Below are positions 24,145-36,611 of a DNA stretch of 64,000 nt, in pieces. The notes under the pieces were generated by a model. The model ran no database searches. It saw nothing but the letters and a program-made list of their open reading frames with translations, and was not told the origin of the DNA. The stretch spans positions 496,001 through 560,000 of the forward strand of contig CDLV01000005.1 of the NCBI GenBank assembly GCA_001244265.2, read 5' to 3'. The position numbers were made by a program, and so were the translations under genes. Origin of the DNA: Microbotryum violaceum. Taxonomy: Eukaryota. Each line of letters starts with the position of its first letter. The stretch's first letter is position 1.

Positions 24145-25950
24145 ATGCCGACCGCGAGTGGTAATGACAGTAACGCCGGTTCGAGCGCTGCGCCCATCGC
24201 CATCTCGCAGGCGTCGCACTCGTCCACCGCGCCGCTTCCCGAACCTTTGCGCGCGCTCGTCAACCTACGAATCAAAGCCGACTCGGCGTTGAACCATCCC
24301 GCACTCGAACAAGAACTCAAGAATGGCGTTCTTGGTCCTCAATTTGCAATCGTGTTGGAGTCACTACAAGCGACGCTCAAATGTGCTGCGACGTGGCGCG
24401 CCAGGCTTCAGGACAGCACGGGGAGGACATCGAAACGATCGAATGAGGAAGAAGCAAGGGGCGAGTTCGTCGAGGCATGGTGTCGTTCCAGAATTGGGGA
24501 GTATGACTCGTCCTTGCCGGAGGAATTGCCGATTCAATTGGAGAGGAGTTTGCAAGGCTATCGTCGCGCGGGCGAATTGCTCCGATTACCCAACCCTCCG
24601 ACGTTGGATCAAGTCCCCTCCGTGACGAGGCCGAAACAAGGCGTGTTGCCCTTAGAGTTGGAGACCGTGCCCGGGTGGGTCGGAGAGATGTTGGCCGAAT
24701 GGGCGAGGACGCAGACAACGTTGTGCTTCTCGAGCTTGTTGAGGCCGGGGGGGAACGAGGTTGTTGAGGAGGACAAGTTGGCCGATTTGTTGAATATGGC
24801 GTGCAGGAGAAACGTGCAAGGTGAGTCGAGTAGAGAAGAGGATATGTACTATTGTTCCTTGTGCTGATCCCGGTATACCTTTCTAAAACCGTTGCTACCC
24901 CTTCCGCAAACTCCTCACTCGCCTCTCCCTACACGCGATTGCCCACCTCAGCCTTGTTCACCCCGGTCGACCCGGGTTCCGCATCCGAAGAGTCCTCATT
25001 CTCGGCCGGAACTGTCATGGGCAATGCTCGATTAATCCGGGACATGTCGACCCTGCTCCCTTTCACCTCGTCCGCTTCACTGTGGACTCGCCGGATAGCA
25101 TGGGCCACGCACGTCGCAGACATCACCTTTATCGAAGCGTCCATGTCGGCGAACCGACTCGTCGATGCCGCCTCAGTCGCCGCAGCGATCCTCCAAGATC
25201 CTAAAACGACCAACGAAAGGAGAAACGAAGTTCGTCATGTTCTCGAACACACGATCCAACACTTGGTGCCGTTCGAGAAGAAACAAGGTACGGCGTTGTT
25301 GACGTTGGGGAGGGTCATGTTGGAAGCTGTGGGGTCAATGTATTTGGGCAGGGATGAGGCTTTCTCGGTTCAGAGGAGGAAAATGGAAAACGCGGTTCTG
25401 CAAGAGGGCAAGGAGCCGGGATTGGCGGAGGGGGAGAGGGTCGAGGTGCCGGAGAATGATTTGGTCAGGGAGACGAGACAGGTCTTTATTCGAGGTGAGT
25501 TTCACCCGCGACCAGAGTCAGGGAGTCATGAGCTCCCTGTGCTGATACTACTTATCTTGGGCATTTCTAGCTTCGGGCCTTTTCGAAAACGCGTATGCTT
25601 CGTTCTTGAGAACGCCGACCAAGGCGCGCCAGAACAAGAAGGAGGAACAACGCCTTTTGCGGAGGTTGGAGGCGACGTACTGTGATCTTGAAGAGGTGTG
25701 CCCATGTTCTTGAAGCGCGTCGATATTCCTGCTGCTCCTGAGCTGACCAGAAATTATTTAACTGCAGCTCGACAACCATACGCCCGAGGTCGTACAACTC
25801 AAATCGGAACGTGTCGCACGAGCTTTGTGGATCAACGATCGCCTTCTTTCCCTCGGCGACGACGCCGATGATGATTCGGACCTGGACGATGCCGATGAAG
25901 ATTCGGACGAGGAGATGATCACTCGAAGGTTTGGTCAGAGTACGATCTGA
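24145..25950 (+). CDS. Hypothetical protein, probably helical, with acidic C-terminus
   Basis: ORFs 24145..24867 and 24852..25685 plus two downstream exons bounded by GT-AG introns, ending DDADDDSDLDDADEDSDEEMITRRFGQSTI*. No family recognised; the first acceptor site was not resolved. Confidence 0.65.
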
Positions 25951-26354
25951 GGATCCATAAAGTTGAGAATTCGGTCGTAATGAATTGGGGGTTCAACTCT
26001 TTGGAAGGGGCTTGTGCATCACGCTTGGTATTGAAACGGAGCTGTTCAACTGTAGCTTACAAGCATATGAGAAATGGAAGGCAAACTATGACCTGCATTG
26101 GACACCACACGAGTACACGCAGCGAAATGGGCAGCACGGTGGTAAAAGCGACCATTACCAACGCGAGCGCTAGACGAATCACGAATTAGGAACCCATTGA
26201 ATTGTCGCTCAGGCGCTCCACTTGGCAGTTGGCAAGGCAACGCGGCGTCTGTCTGAGCTGACTCGCACCACCACCACCACCTGCCGTCCGGCGCTCACCA
26301 AACCCCGTTGGCACCCTAGCCTACACCGACCCCAGGAGGGAACGACCTACCAAG

Positions 26355-29319
26355 ATGGCAGCAAGAAAGCTGCAGAGTGAGTCCGACACCGTGACTGCGC
26401 GGGTTGCCTAGCTGGGACGAGGACGGGAGGCGTAGAGAGGGGAGGTCTCCTAGTCGACGCTCAGCTGGTCGACAACAACGAGGTGGCATAGCGGGCACTT
26501 GAGCCCTGTCGAATCGGAAACTGTTCCGCTGTACCTGTGATGGCGGCTAGTTGCAGCACGTACCTCCCTTCTGTCGATTGTACCGGTCGTGCGACGCGCG
26601 CCACCACCAAGGTCCTCTGTCGTGCCACCCCCACGGCTCATTCACCCCCCGCCACCTCCGCCGAGGACATATGGACTGACCTCTTCGATCATCACCACTC
26701 CACAGCCGAGATTGAGCGGACACTGAAAAAGGTGTCCGAAGGTGTGAGTCGGCGGTCTGGTCTAGCTCATGCGCGCATAGGGCACGCTCGCTCACCCCCT
26801 CCTTGCGGCTGACCTCATCACGTCACTCCTCAACTAACAGGTTGAAATATTCGAAGGTGTACGTTATGATACGCCAGAGCTACTGGTTCCATAGGTGCCG
26901 CAGCTGAACTACGCCGCTTTCCCCTGGACAACCGCAGATATTTGACAAGATCCAGACGAGTACGAACCAGACACAAAAGGAGAAGCTCGAGGTCGACCTC
27001 AAGTCCCAGATTAAGAAGCTGCAACGTCTGCGCGACCAGATCAAGACATGGATGACCTCGAACGACATCAAGGACAAGCAGCCGCTCATCGATAACCGCA
27101 AGCTCATCGAGACGGTCAGTTCTGGGGTTTTGGGCGCGTGGGGACCGGTCTTTTCAATCCGGGCTCACGCGAGTGCGGGGTCTCACAGCAAATGGAACGG
27201 TTTAAGGCATGTGAGAAGGAAATGAAGACCAAGGCCTTCTCGAAGGAAGGACTCTCCGCCGCAGCCAAGCTCGACCCGAAAGAACAGCTCAAGCTTGAGC
27301 TGTGCAACTGGATCACGAGCATGGTCGATGAGCTCTCGCGCCAGGTCGAGGCCTCTGAAGCCGAGGTCGAGACGTTGCAGGCGCTCAAGAAGAAGAAGGA
27401 CAGCGACCGCGAGCGCTTGGAGCAGCTCGAGACGCTCAACGAGCGGCGGCAGTGGCACGTCAATCGGCTCGAGTTGATCTTGCGCCTGCTCGAGAATGGC
27501 AACTTGCAGACCGATGCCGTCAATGACATCAAGGAGGACATTGCTTACTTTGTCGAGAGCAATACGGTGCGTTGGAGATGCTTTGTTTCGCTCTCCTCGG
27601 CATGCAGTCACTAAACTGCTGTCTGGCACACGCACACAGGAGGAGGACTTTGACGAGGACGAAGGCGTGTATGACGGACTGAATCTGGAGGAAGAGGAAG
27701 AGATGTTCCAGATTGGGGGAGACGATCTACAGTCGTCGCATGACACGAGTTCGATCGCCGACGAGCCATCACCGGCACCAGCACCGCCACCGCCGGCGAA
27801 GAAAACCGTCGTCGAAGAGGCCGCCAAGAGCCCGGCCAAAGTGAGCAAAGCTGCCACCGCACCCGCCATCACGAGTCCACCCGCACCCGCTGCAGCTACA
27901 ACTCGCAAACCGACACTCGACTCCAACACTCCGAGACCTGTCGTCGTACCGCCGCCGACACGATCGACTTCGGGCCCCGTGCCCACACCGCGGCCAGTCC
28001 CTGCAGCCCTGCCCCCGATTCGTTACGCTGCCGCCGCCGCCGCCGCCAATGCGTCGAGTACATCGGCTGCAACAACAACAGTGGCCACCACGGCAGCATC
28101 GGTACCTGCTCCCACGAGTGCACTGGCACCGACGCCTTTGGTGACCTCGACACCGAGCGTGACCAGTGCCCCCGCACCACCGCCAGGCCTGGCTTCGGCT
28201 GCTCCGTCGCCGACGAGTGGTCAAGATGCTTCCAACGATTCAACAGCGAGCTCTGAAGTGTCCCGATCTACGGGAGCTGATGCGAGCAAACTTGCCTCGG
28301 CGGGGCCATCGCCGATGTTGGCGCCTGGGCTGTCACCGGGTAATGCTTCCCTTTCGAGTCCCGCGCCGAGTTCGGCTTCCTTCAACGGTGTCAACGGTGC
28401 CTCAGCAGCCCCCTCGCTCGCGGCGGCTTCGGCTTCGCCCGCTCCTTCGTTCCCATCGCTGCCCCAGGCCTCGGCCAACTCGTCGACCGACCCATCCGAG
28501 TCTGCCGCCCCCGCACCCGACAACCGTGTTGTCTCGAGCGCCGCCTCACAAGAAGCGTCTTCGCAGCCGACTCGATCAGCGAACGAGCCTCGTTTGCCGA
28601 GCAGTTTGGCCGATCTCGTAACGAGCTTTGAGAGCGCGAAGCAAAAGTCGATCCGAAGAGACAACGATTTGGGAGCGATCCACAAGATTCTCGATGCTGG
28701 CTTCTCCAACGTGCCGCAGCCTCTTGATGCTGAGAAGTGAGCTTGAGTTGGCCATCGTGAGAGGAAATCATTTTGCAGAGATTGACTACTTTATCATTAC
28801 AGACCTAAGTACTACGTACCCCGACAGCCGTACGCAACTCCCAACTACTACCCTCAAGAGCCTCTCCCGCAGTTCGCGAACCCGGCCCTGTTCGCCAAGC
28901 TCGACGTCGACACGCTTTTCTACATCTTCTACTACTGCCAGGGGACATACCTGCAGTTCCTCGCCGCGGCCGAGTTGAAGAAGCAGAGTTGGCGATTTCA
29001 CAAGCAGTACCTCACCTGGTTTCAGCGCGCGAATGAGCCGCAGCAGATCACGGATGAGTATGAGCAGGGCGTTTACTTGTACTGTGAGTTTGGGAGTTGT
29101 GGAGAGTGGAAGGTGATTGAGCTGAGCTGCGCTGATGTGTGGTGCTTTTTCTCGAACAGTCGACTGGGAGGGCTCGTGGTGTCAGCGAAGGAAGGGCGAC
29201 TTCCGATTCGATTATGTGAGTGACACGTCCCCTGAGGATCCATCGTATTTCACTGCACATTCAGCTACGCATTCAGTCCTAACTTTACGTTCTCACAGCG
29301 GTACCTCGACACGGATTAG
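26355..29319 (+). CDS. NOT3: CCR4-NOT complex subunit Not3/Not5
   Basis: [67 protein letters not shown], and C-terminal NOT box (DTLFYIFYY...[18 protein letters not shown]). Confidence 0.96.
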
Positions 29320-30845
29320 ACAAGATAAGACTAGGTTGGCTGCCTTTTCTTTTTCAATTTCTCACCAAGTCCAGCAGTCTGCCCTTTTCGCCCGACGTTC
29401 ATCTCCGACACCTTTGCTTGTATCGATACGGTTTGCAATCGTTGAACTTCTCTGCGTCATTCTCTGCGTATCCAGCAATTATCTGTGACTTCGTGGTCTA
29501 ACGAGCGGAAGCTATGGTCTGGGTAAAATTGAGGCTGCGCCGCTGCGAAGGAGCCTAACACTCGGAAATGATCCTGAAGCAGTACAGCATGACTTGGCAG
29601 CCAGAACGGAAGATCATGCTCTAAACCTAGCTCGGCCTTAGATTGATGATGAAGGAGAGGATCGCCGTCCGGAACAATCGGGGTGTGAGGGGTCGAACGT
29701 CGGATCTGCAAGCCACCCCGGATTTCATCAGCGCATCAGTCTGGGGATTCGCGCCCAGAGCGGCCCGCGTGCGCGGCGCAAGCTGAGTGAACCCACTTTT
29801 GTGGTGGGTTTAGGGTTTATGCGGCTCTAGTAGTGAAAGGAGCACAGATCACGGAGTAAGGTGGGCTACGAGTTTATAGGCCGGGTTTGACGGTGGCAGG
29901 CCCAGGGCAATCGAGGATTCCAAAAGCTCGATGATGTTGTTCTGAGAGTACCGCAAATTTTGTGAAGATTGTTCTTGGATCTTCAAAGCGATCGTCTAGG
30001 CCGATGCTACTGCTGTTGCTCGGGTGTAGGTAGGTACGACGGAGTCAGACTCGCAGATCGACGCTCTCTGTTCGAAGTGATCGACAAAATCGCGCATTTG
30101 TGATCGCCTGAAGCGGGTGAGCCTGGGGTTGTGCCGGATGGTGACGGGCAGGCCGGGCCTAGCGCGTATGGCTCTGTAGCTCTGTCGGCCTTGCCCGCCT
30201 TTGCCCGCCACACGCATGCTACGTCGGGCACGCTCGCTCCTTACCTGCCTTCAGCCTCCCTTCAAGTTCCCACTACCGTACCATCTCATCTCCTCCCTGA
30301 CACCAATCCAACCACTTGGTTCCCGCTGACCAACCTCAATATCGTCGTTCGATCGAATTGGCCTTTGGGACGCACTGGTGCTTGTACGTCGTACGGCTGC
30401 CAGTGGCTGCTCGGCTGATTGCTGGCTGACACGGACGAGGCTTGAGCGTGGCCTAGCGTGGCCCGAATCGGTGAGGCTGACCTTCGGCCGTACTGGCCCT
30501 TTGTTGCCCTCCCTCAGTCCCTCTCATAAGAAAACAGGTCAGTCACTTTGAACGATCGTGAAATATAACATATACCTGATCCGCTAACCCGCGCATCTCG
30601 CGTACGTGTCTGGTGCGACCACCGACGCTGATCATCTCAGCCTCCGCCACAGCCGCCCCCACCGACGGTCCGAGCCAAGCCGAGAGAGCCCGCCTCCCCG
30701 CGGCCAACCACGTCCTCAGTCCATCGCACGTCGCCTTGATCCCGGCCCCCCACTTTAAAGCGGGTTTTTGGTTTCGAGCATTCAGTGGATCGCACTCAAC
30801 TGCGGCATTCTAGGCGACAGCATTATCTTGAGTGATCACCCATCA

Positions 30846-32601
30846 ATGTCGTTGCCGGCGTCCTACTCGTCGATACTCTCGGACCTGAACCGGGACGTAC
30901 TCCGAGCCCAACCGACCGACGCTCTCCAGTTCTGCGCCAACTGGTTCCAGACCCGGCTCGAGCAAGAGCGTAGCTCGGCTAGATTCACCGCTTCTTTTTC
31001 CGCCTCTTTGACCGGTGTTGCGAACATGCCTTCGAGTGCTTCGAGTGGTGCCGCGCCGTCCAGTCGTCGGTCCGGTCAGCTCGCCCCTTCACCCTCCCTG
31101 CGTAACCGTCAGGTCACCCCACCTTCGCTCGTCGGTCAAGGCTACACTTTTGGCGGTGCGCGGGGTATGGACCTCGACGGCGATAATAAGCCATCGCCCT
31201 TCTCCGAGATTCCTCCCGTTGTACGCGGCGCAGGTGGCTCGTCCCATTCCAACCGTCCCGGCTCGAACCCGCCTTCGCCGTTCAGTAAGGTCGGCGAGCG
31301 CGGACTCAACTCGTCGACGGGACCGTCGTCGACCCCATCGACGTTCCACCCTGCTCCTTTGACTTTCGGTGGATCCGCACTGTCGTCGAGCATGTCCGCA
31401 AAGCGTGACAGCGTCGGCTCGAACGACTCGGACGACGATGACGTCTACGACCCCCGCGATACCTCGTTCGGATCCGGCGAAGGCAAGCTCGGCATTCCCG
31501 TCAACTACAACCTTGGCCGTCGTAGTTCCGTCTCGGCAGAGTCGCTCAACCCCGATCCGGCGGCACCCATGCCCAAGACCGTGATCCCCAAGTCTGAGTC
31601 GCAGCGCCAGCGCATCGAAGCGTCCATCTCGAACAACTTACTCTTCCGCAACCTCGACGAGGACCAACACAACGACGTGCTCAATGCAATGAAGGAGGTC
31701 AAGGTTCAGGACAAGACTTCGGTCATTGTCCAAGGCGCCGTCGGCGACTTCTTCTACGTCGTCGAGGAAGGTAGCTTCGAGGCTTGGGTTCGTTCCCCGC
31801 CGACGCACAGCTACAACGGACCCGGTAGCTCGACGATGGCCCAGGGCGAGGACAAAAAGGTCGCCAGTTACGGTCCGGGAGGTGCGTTCGGTGAGTTGGC
31901 GTTGATGTACAACGCCCCTCGTGCGGCCTCGGTCGTGGCGACGTCAGATGCGGTCGTCTGGGCCTTGGACCGCGTGACCTTCCGCTCGATCCTGATGGAA
32001 CACACATCGCGCAAGCGCAAGATGTACGAAAGCTTCCTCGCCGAAGTCCCTATTCTCTTGTCATTGAACCCTAAGGAACGAGCTAAGATCGCCGACGCGC
32101 TCGAGGAGAAGGTCTACGAGGAAGGCGAACCGGTCGTCGTCGAGGGCGAGGTCGGCAAGAACTTCTACATCATCGAGAGCGGTAAAGCAGAGGTGACCAA
32201 GCGACGGAAGTCACCCAGTTCGGGCACGTTCAACGATGATGTGCTTGGCACGTTGAGCAAGGGCGATTACTTTGGAGGTGAGTTGGGAACCGTATTGGCC
32301 GTCGCACACCTTGGACCTTTGTACTGACATCAATCAATCGCCTTCATCAGAACTTGCTCTGCTCAACTCTGCTCCTCGTGCCGCCACTGTCCGAGCGATG
32401 GCCGGTCAAGGTCGGTTACGCGTCGCGACACTCGGAGAAAAGGCCTTCACCCGCTTACTCGGCCCCGTGCTCGACATCCTGCAACGCAAGGCCGAACACT
32501 CGTACGGACCTGGGGCGACATCGGGCCAACACTCGCAACACGACTCGTTCTCGGCCACGCTGGGCGGATCGCGTGGTCAGACCCCGGGCATCACCGCCTG
32601 A
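30846..32601 (+). CDS. PKAR: cAMP-dependent protein kinase regulatory subunit (Bcy1/PKA-R)
   Basis: RIIa docking domain (LSDLNRDVLRAQPTDALQFCANWF), inhibitor site RRSSVSAES, two cNMP domains (FGELALMYNAPRAAS; FG|ELALLNSAPRAAT). Confidence 0.97.
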
Positions 32602-33182
32602 TTAAGAGCCGCTGGACACTCCAATGCTATATCGTTTGAGATGTGTATCTTTTGCCGCCAAGGCCTCGTACGCCTTCAGCCTTCGCTCGCTTTCCACTTT
32701 CTTGCTGTTTCGGTTCACTTGTAAACTCCGCTGTCTCCTCTTGCTCGAACCGTTTTTCTCGCGTTGAAATGCTGGTCTTCCTCACTCGCACTTGATGCAG
32801 GCTCATTTCTGAACTCCTCGTATTCCATTCGCTCGTTTCTTCTCGTCGATGCTCCTCGTCCCAATCCAATCTTATGTGTTTGCCGACGGTTGCAATAGGT
32901 ATTCATTTCGCTCTTGTGGGCTTCAAGATCAGAGACAAGCCCACGTGGACGTTCGTGAAGGCCTCTAAAACGCGGCCCCTTTGTCACGAGGCCCGTGCTC
33001 CTCAGAATAATTTCTCTGGCAGGTCTCGCTGTCGGTGCTTCCCGCGCTAGTCCCGCGCTTCCCTTTGAGATCTCGCGCGCGAATCGGCGATTGGCTGCTC
33101 ATCTCATCGTCGTCTCCTCTTACAAGCTCAAGCCTCAAGCTCCCCATCACCGCTTTTATCGCTCGCTCTACCCAGCTACAAT

Positions 33183-34539
33183 ATGTCGTGAGTTTGTCGG
33201 TCATGCAAAAAGCCATATACGCATGCTCCTGACTCCGTCCCCAACACATCTCCACAGCTCCACCGTTCCCGCGATCGATGCGTCCGAGCTCGCGGCGACT
33301 CAAACTGCCGGCTACAAGGTGCGCCCACGGTGCTTCACGGTAGACTCGGCAGTGCAGCTGGCATTAGGTATCGAAAGTTGACGATGGTTACGTTCGCATT
33401 CGCGTTCCAGGTCGGAGCGGAAATATCGTTGGCCGAATTGGCCGAGGTAAGTTGCTACGCGTCACCTTTCAGAGTGCCGGACAGGCGTCACGTTGTCGTG
33501 GGGGAGCCAACCTCCGCTGCCTCTCCGTCGTGTGGGGGGGGGGGGCGGTCGACGTGGCTAGCACCGACGGTCGCGCCTGAGCGATCTACGCGCTCGACAC
33601 CAGGTCTGTAGCTGACCCTTTCCCATTGTTGGTCTGGGTACGGTGCAGTTGGACAAGGAGGACGAATCATTGGCTAAGTGGAAGGCGTCGTTGGGACTGG
33701 ATGCGAATGCCGTAGCTAGTGGTTCAACAGGTCCGTTCAGCCATCTATCTCACTCACGCGACGTTTGCACGTCACACTCGCCGTCGGCGACGCGTGCCAG
33801 CCCCTGGACGCGTTTGAGGGAGGAGATGACGATGCTGATAGAACTATGTGCTATACGAGCTGCAGCCGGGCCCAAAGTGGAGATGATCTCCCTCACGCTC
33901 ACGTCGAACCGACCGGCAGGACCTATCGTGCTCGACTTGAAGGACCCTAAACAATTGGCTAGCGCGGCTCGTAAGTCCGCGGAGGAATGATGTTGCTGGC
34001 AGGAAATGGCTTGGAGTGGAAAGCTGATGAGATGCATTGGCGAGCTCTTTGTAGCCGTCGTAATCAAGGAAGGGTCCGAGTACACGGTCGAAATCAAATT
34101 TCTCGTCAAGTCAGTCAGTTCCCGGGCCCGATGCTTTTCAGTGTCCTCGTTGTGCATCTTCTCGGGCCACTCACGACTCTTTCTCCATCCCACCAGATCT
34201 CTGGTCGCAGGTCTCAAATACATCCACGTCGTCAAACGCATGGGTCTCTCGGACAAACTTGAACACATGATCGGATCGCGAGGCCCTTCCCTCGACCACG
34301 TCGTCGCTAAGTTGCCGACCGAGGAAGCACCGAGTGGGATGCTGGCGAGGGGCAAGTATGTCGTTAGGTCACGCGTCATCGATGATGATGGGGCTGTCTA
34401 TCGTGAGTTTTTGGAAGATGTTTCGTTGGGGCCAAACTCTGTCCGGAGCTTGAACTGCGATTGTTGGCTGACTCTCAGCCTCGATACTTTACTCACAGTC
34501 GACGCGACTTGGCAATTCGAACTCAAGAAGGATTGGTAA
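33183..34539 (+). CDS. RDI1: Rho GDP-dissociation inhibitor
   Basis: Spliced GYK|VGAEISLAELAE|LDKEDESLAKWKASLGL, IKEGSEY, GLKYIHVVKRMG, EEAPSGMLARGKY, WQFELKKDW*. Confidence 0.95.
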
Positions 34540-35089
34540 TTTCATCTCCTTGCTGCGTATTCTCAAAACAAAACAAAACAAAAAACGAACCCACGGGCTA
34601 TCCTCCGGGTCATGCCCATCAATGCGCACGCCGCGCCTACCTACCTACTTGTCGATCGACCTATCTTCGTTTCCCTAGTCTCCGTCAGAAGCTATCTTTT
34701 CCGCACGGTCTTCACTTTATTCCAATCTACTGCATTGCAAGGCCTTACTCGTTAGTAATCAAGTTTCGTGAAATGCTCGTCGGCTGTTACTGAGCCGAGA
34801 ACCAGGTATGCTCATAGGTGCTGCGGCCTTGTCATCACGCCCGCTCGGACTCGTCGAGTTTTCGTATCCGAGGCACACCGGAAGCACCTTCCGTGACATG
34901 CTTGCGTCTGCTGTCAAGAGCTCGAACGTGAGAAAAATCTTTAGTAAACCCAAAATTTGTAACAGACGTAGAATCGCCCTGAAGTCCGGGCAACCGAACT
35001 TTCAAGGTCAACGGGGCCTGAGCCATTCACGCTAGCTCCACCTGGAGCTCTTTAGAATTCCACATGCAGCGCGGGCAGGCGGATCTAGA

Positions 35090-36055
35090 TCACCGACTAA
35101 CTCCGCAGAGATATCCAACCTCTTGGTGCATTTTCTGTGCCTGAATTCGCTCTCTTTTGTCCCAACATGCGGCGTCGCAAAGAGGAGCCTTTTCAGTCGC
35201 CCAAGATGGCGTTTCCTCGGCGTACGTAAGGCATGGGCTATCGCTGCTGGATCTCGGACAAAAAGCGATCGGCACCTCGACCACTGCATTGATTCAACCA
35301 TTCGGCCTTGTCAGCGGAACATTCGACACAGCGACCCAATTCGCCTGATTCACATACAGCTTATGAGGTCGTACACGTCAAGCCGTAACGTGAGGGGACT
35401 CTTGCATGAACAAGGCGGCGACACTTCGCTAGCGACCGAACCCTGGCACAGCTCCACGTCCACGTCAATCAAGGGCCGTAAATGACCTTTGACCCCAGCG
35501 TAAAACGCGATGTACTGACGCAGAAGCGCTGGCCGTTCCAAGCGCCTAAGGCGACCGTCGTTGAACACGAATTGCTTGTACGTTTCTTGCTTCGACTGAC
35601 CACGTGTGGCTGATTCGAAACTTTCGACTTGGCGCAGGTCAGCCAGTGATAATCGCTCGGCGATTGCACTAGTCAGGCGAGGTTGGGAAATGGGATGTTC
35701 GATCCGGAGAGTATGGGGCTGGATCGAAGTCGTGTTCGAAGCCACCACCGTACTCGCTGTAACGCTCTTCATCCCAATCCATCCCATTCGGGTTGGCGGC
35801 GTCACTCGCGGCTTCGTCGGAATCGGCCTGAATTGGAAGGGCCATTGGACGCTGAGGAGACGGCGAGCTAGCTTCGCCAAAATCATCGAAGGTTCCTTGC
35901 TGGATTTGGCGGACAGTGTAAGTAACACGGTGTCGGGTTCCGGGGATGTTGGTGCGGAGTCGGGCGTCCGATCGGAGGCCTTGAGGCCTATAGGAAGGTT
36001 GCTCCTCAAAGTAGTCCAGACGGACCTTGAAAGGTCTCCATCGATGCCTGCCCAT
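35090..36055 (-). pseudogene. Frameshifted ORF remnant, possibly the N-terminus and CxC1-like cluster of a KDZ (Kyakuja-Dileera-Zisupton) transposase
   Basis: Basic then acidic N-terminus (ORF 35669..36055) shifts into ...PALLRQY...CSCKSPLTLRLDVYDLIS|VVEVPIAFC. Resemblance by eye only; no catalytic domain or terminal repeats seen. Confidence 0.3.
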
Positions 36056-36611
36056 CGTCTATGTGAATTGCGTAGCTTCGAGATTTAGGAAGGGTGTCTC
36101 GATAGTTGATGCTCTGGTTAGAACTGAGGCGGGTCTCACTTGGCGCTGAGCGGAAGCTAAAAGAGACAGGTCTGCGGGCATACTAGTCACTAAATGCTCA
36201 ATCTCATTAGCAAGTTAATCTTGGCCTGGCGCCAGCGGCCAACCCGGGTTGCAGGGGGGCACAACCTGAATGGGTACGCCGCTTAAGAGTGGCGCTGGGA
36301 GGGGCGCCGCGCGCGCCACTTTTTGGTGTGCTTAGAAATATAGCCAGAGGTGGTTTCCTGTGCATCGCTAGACGCTCTCTGCCTGCGCTTGGCCTTTGCG
36401 CCTCCGGTTGGTGGCTCCAAGCCTCCTGTGCCCAAAGCCCAGACTTCAGTAGCTTTTTGCTCGTTTCGGCTTGACTCGAGTCCTGACAGAGTCCTACACT
36501 TCATCCAGTGCCCTTCCACCCACCTGTGGTCCATAACATACGAGCCACTCAACATCCTCGAAGCACCGACCCAACATTAACACCGAAGTTATAGCAGTAC
36601 ACGACCCGATC

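Noticed and set aside
29805..29820. Telomere-like GGGTTTAGGGTTTA
   Set aside because: Only about two units; compatible with chance or a single factor-binding site.
36360..36435. tRNA-like 3' end (GGTGGCTCCAAGCCTCCTGTGCCCA)
   Set aside because: No TTC T-loop, no D arm, and no matching 5' acceptor strand at the right distance.
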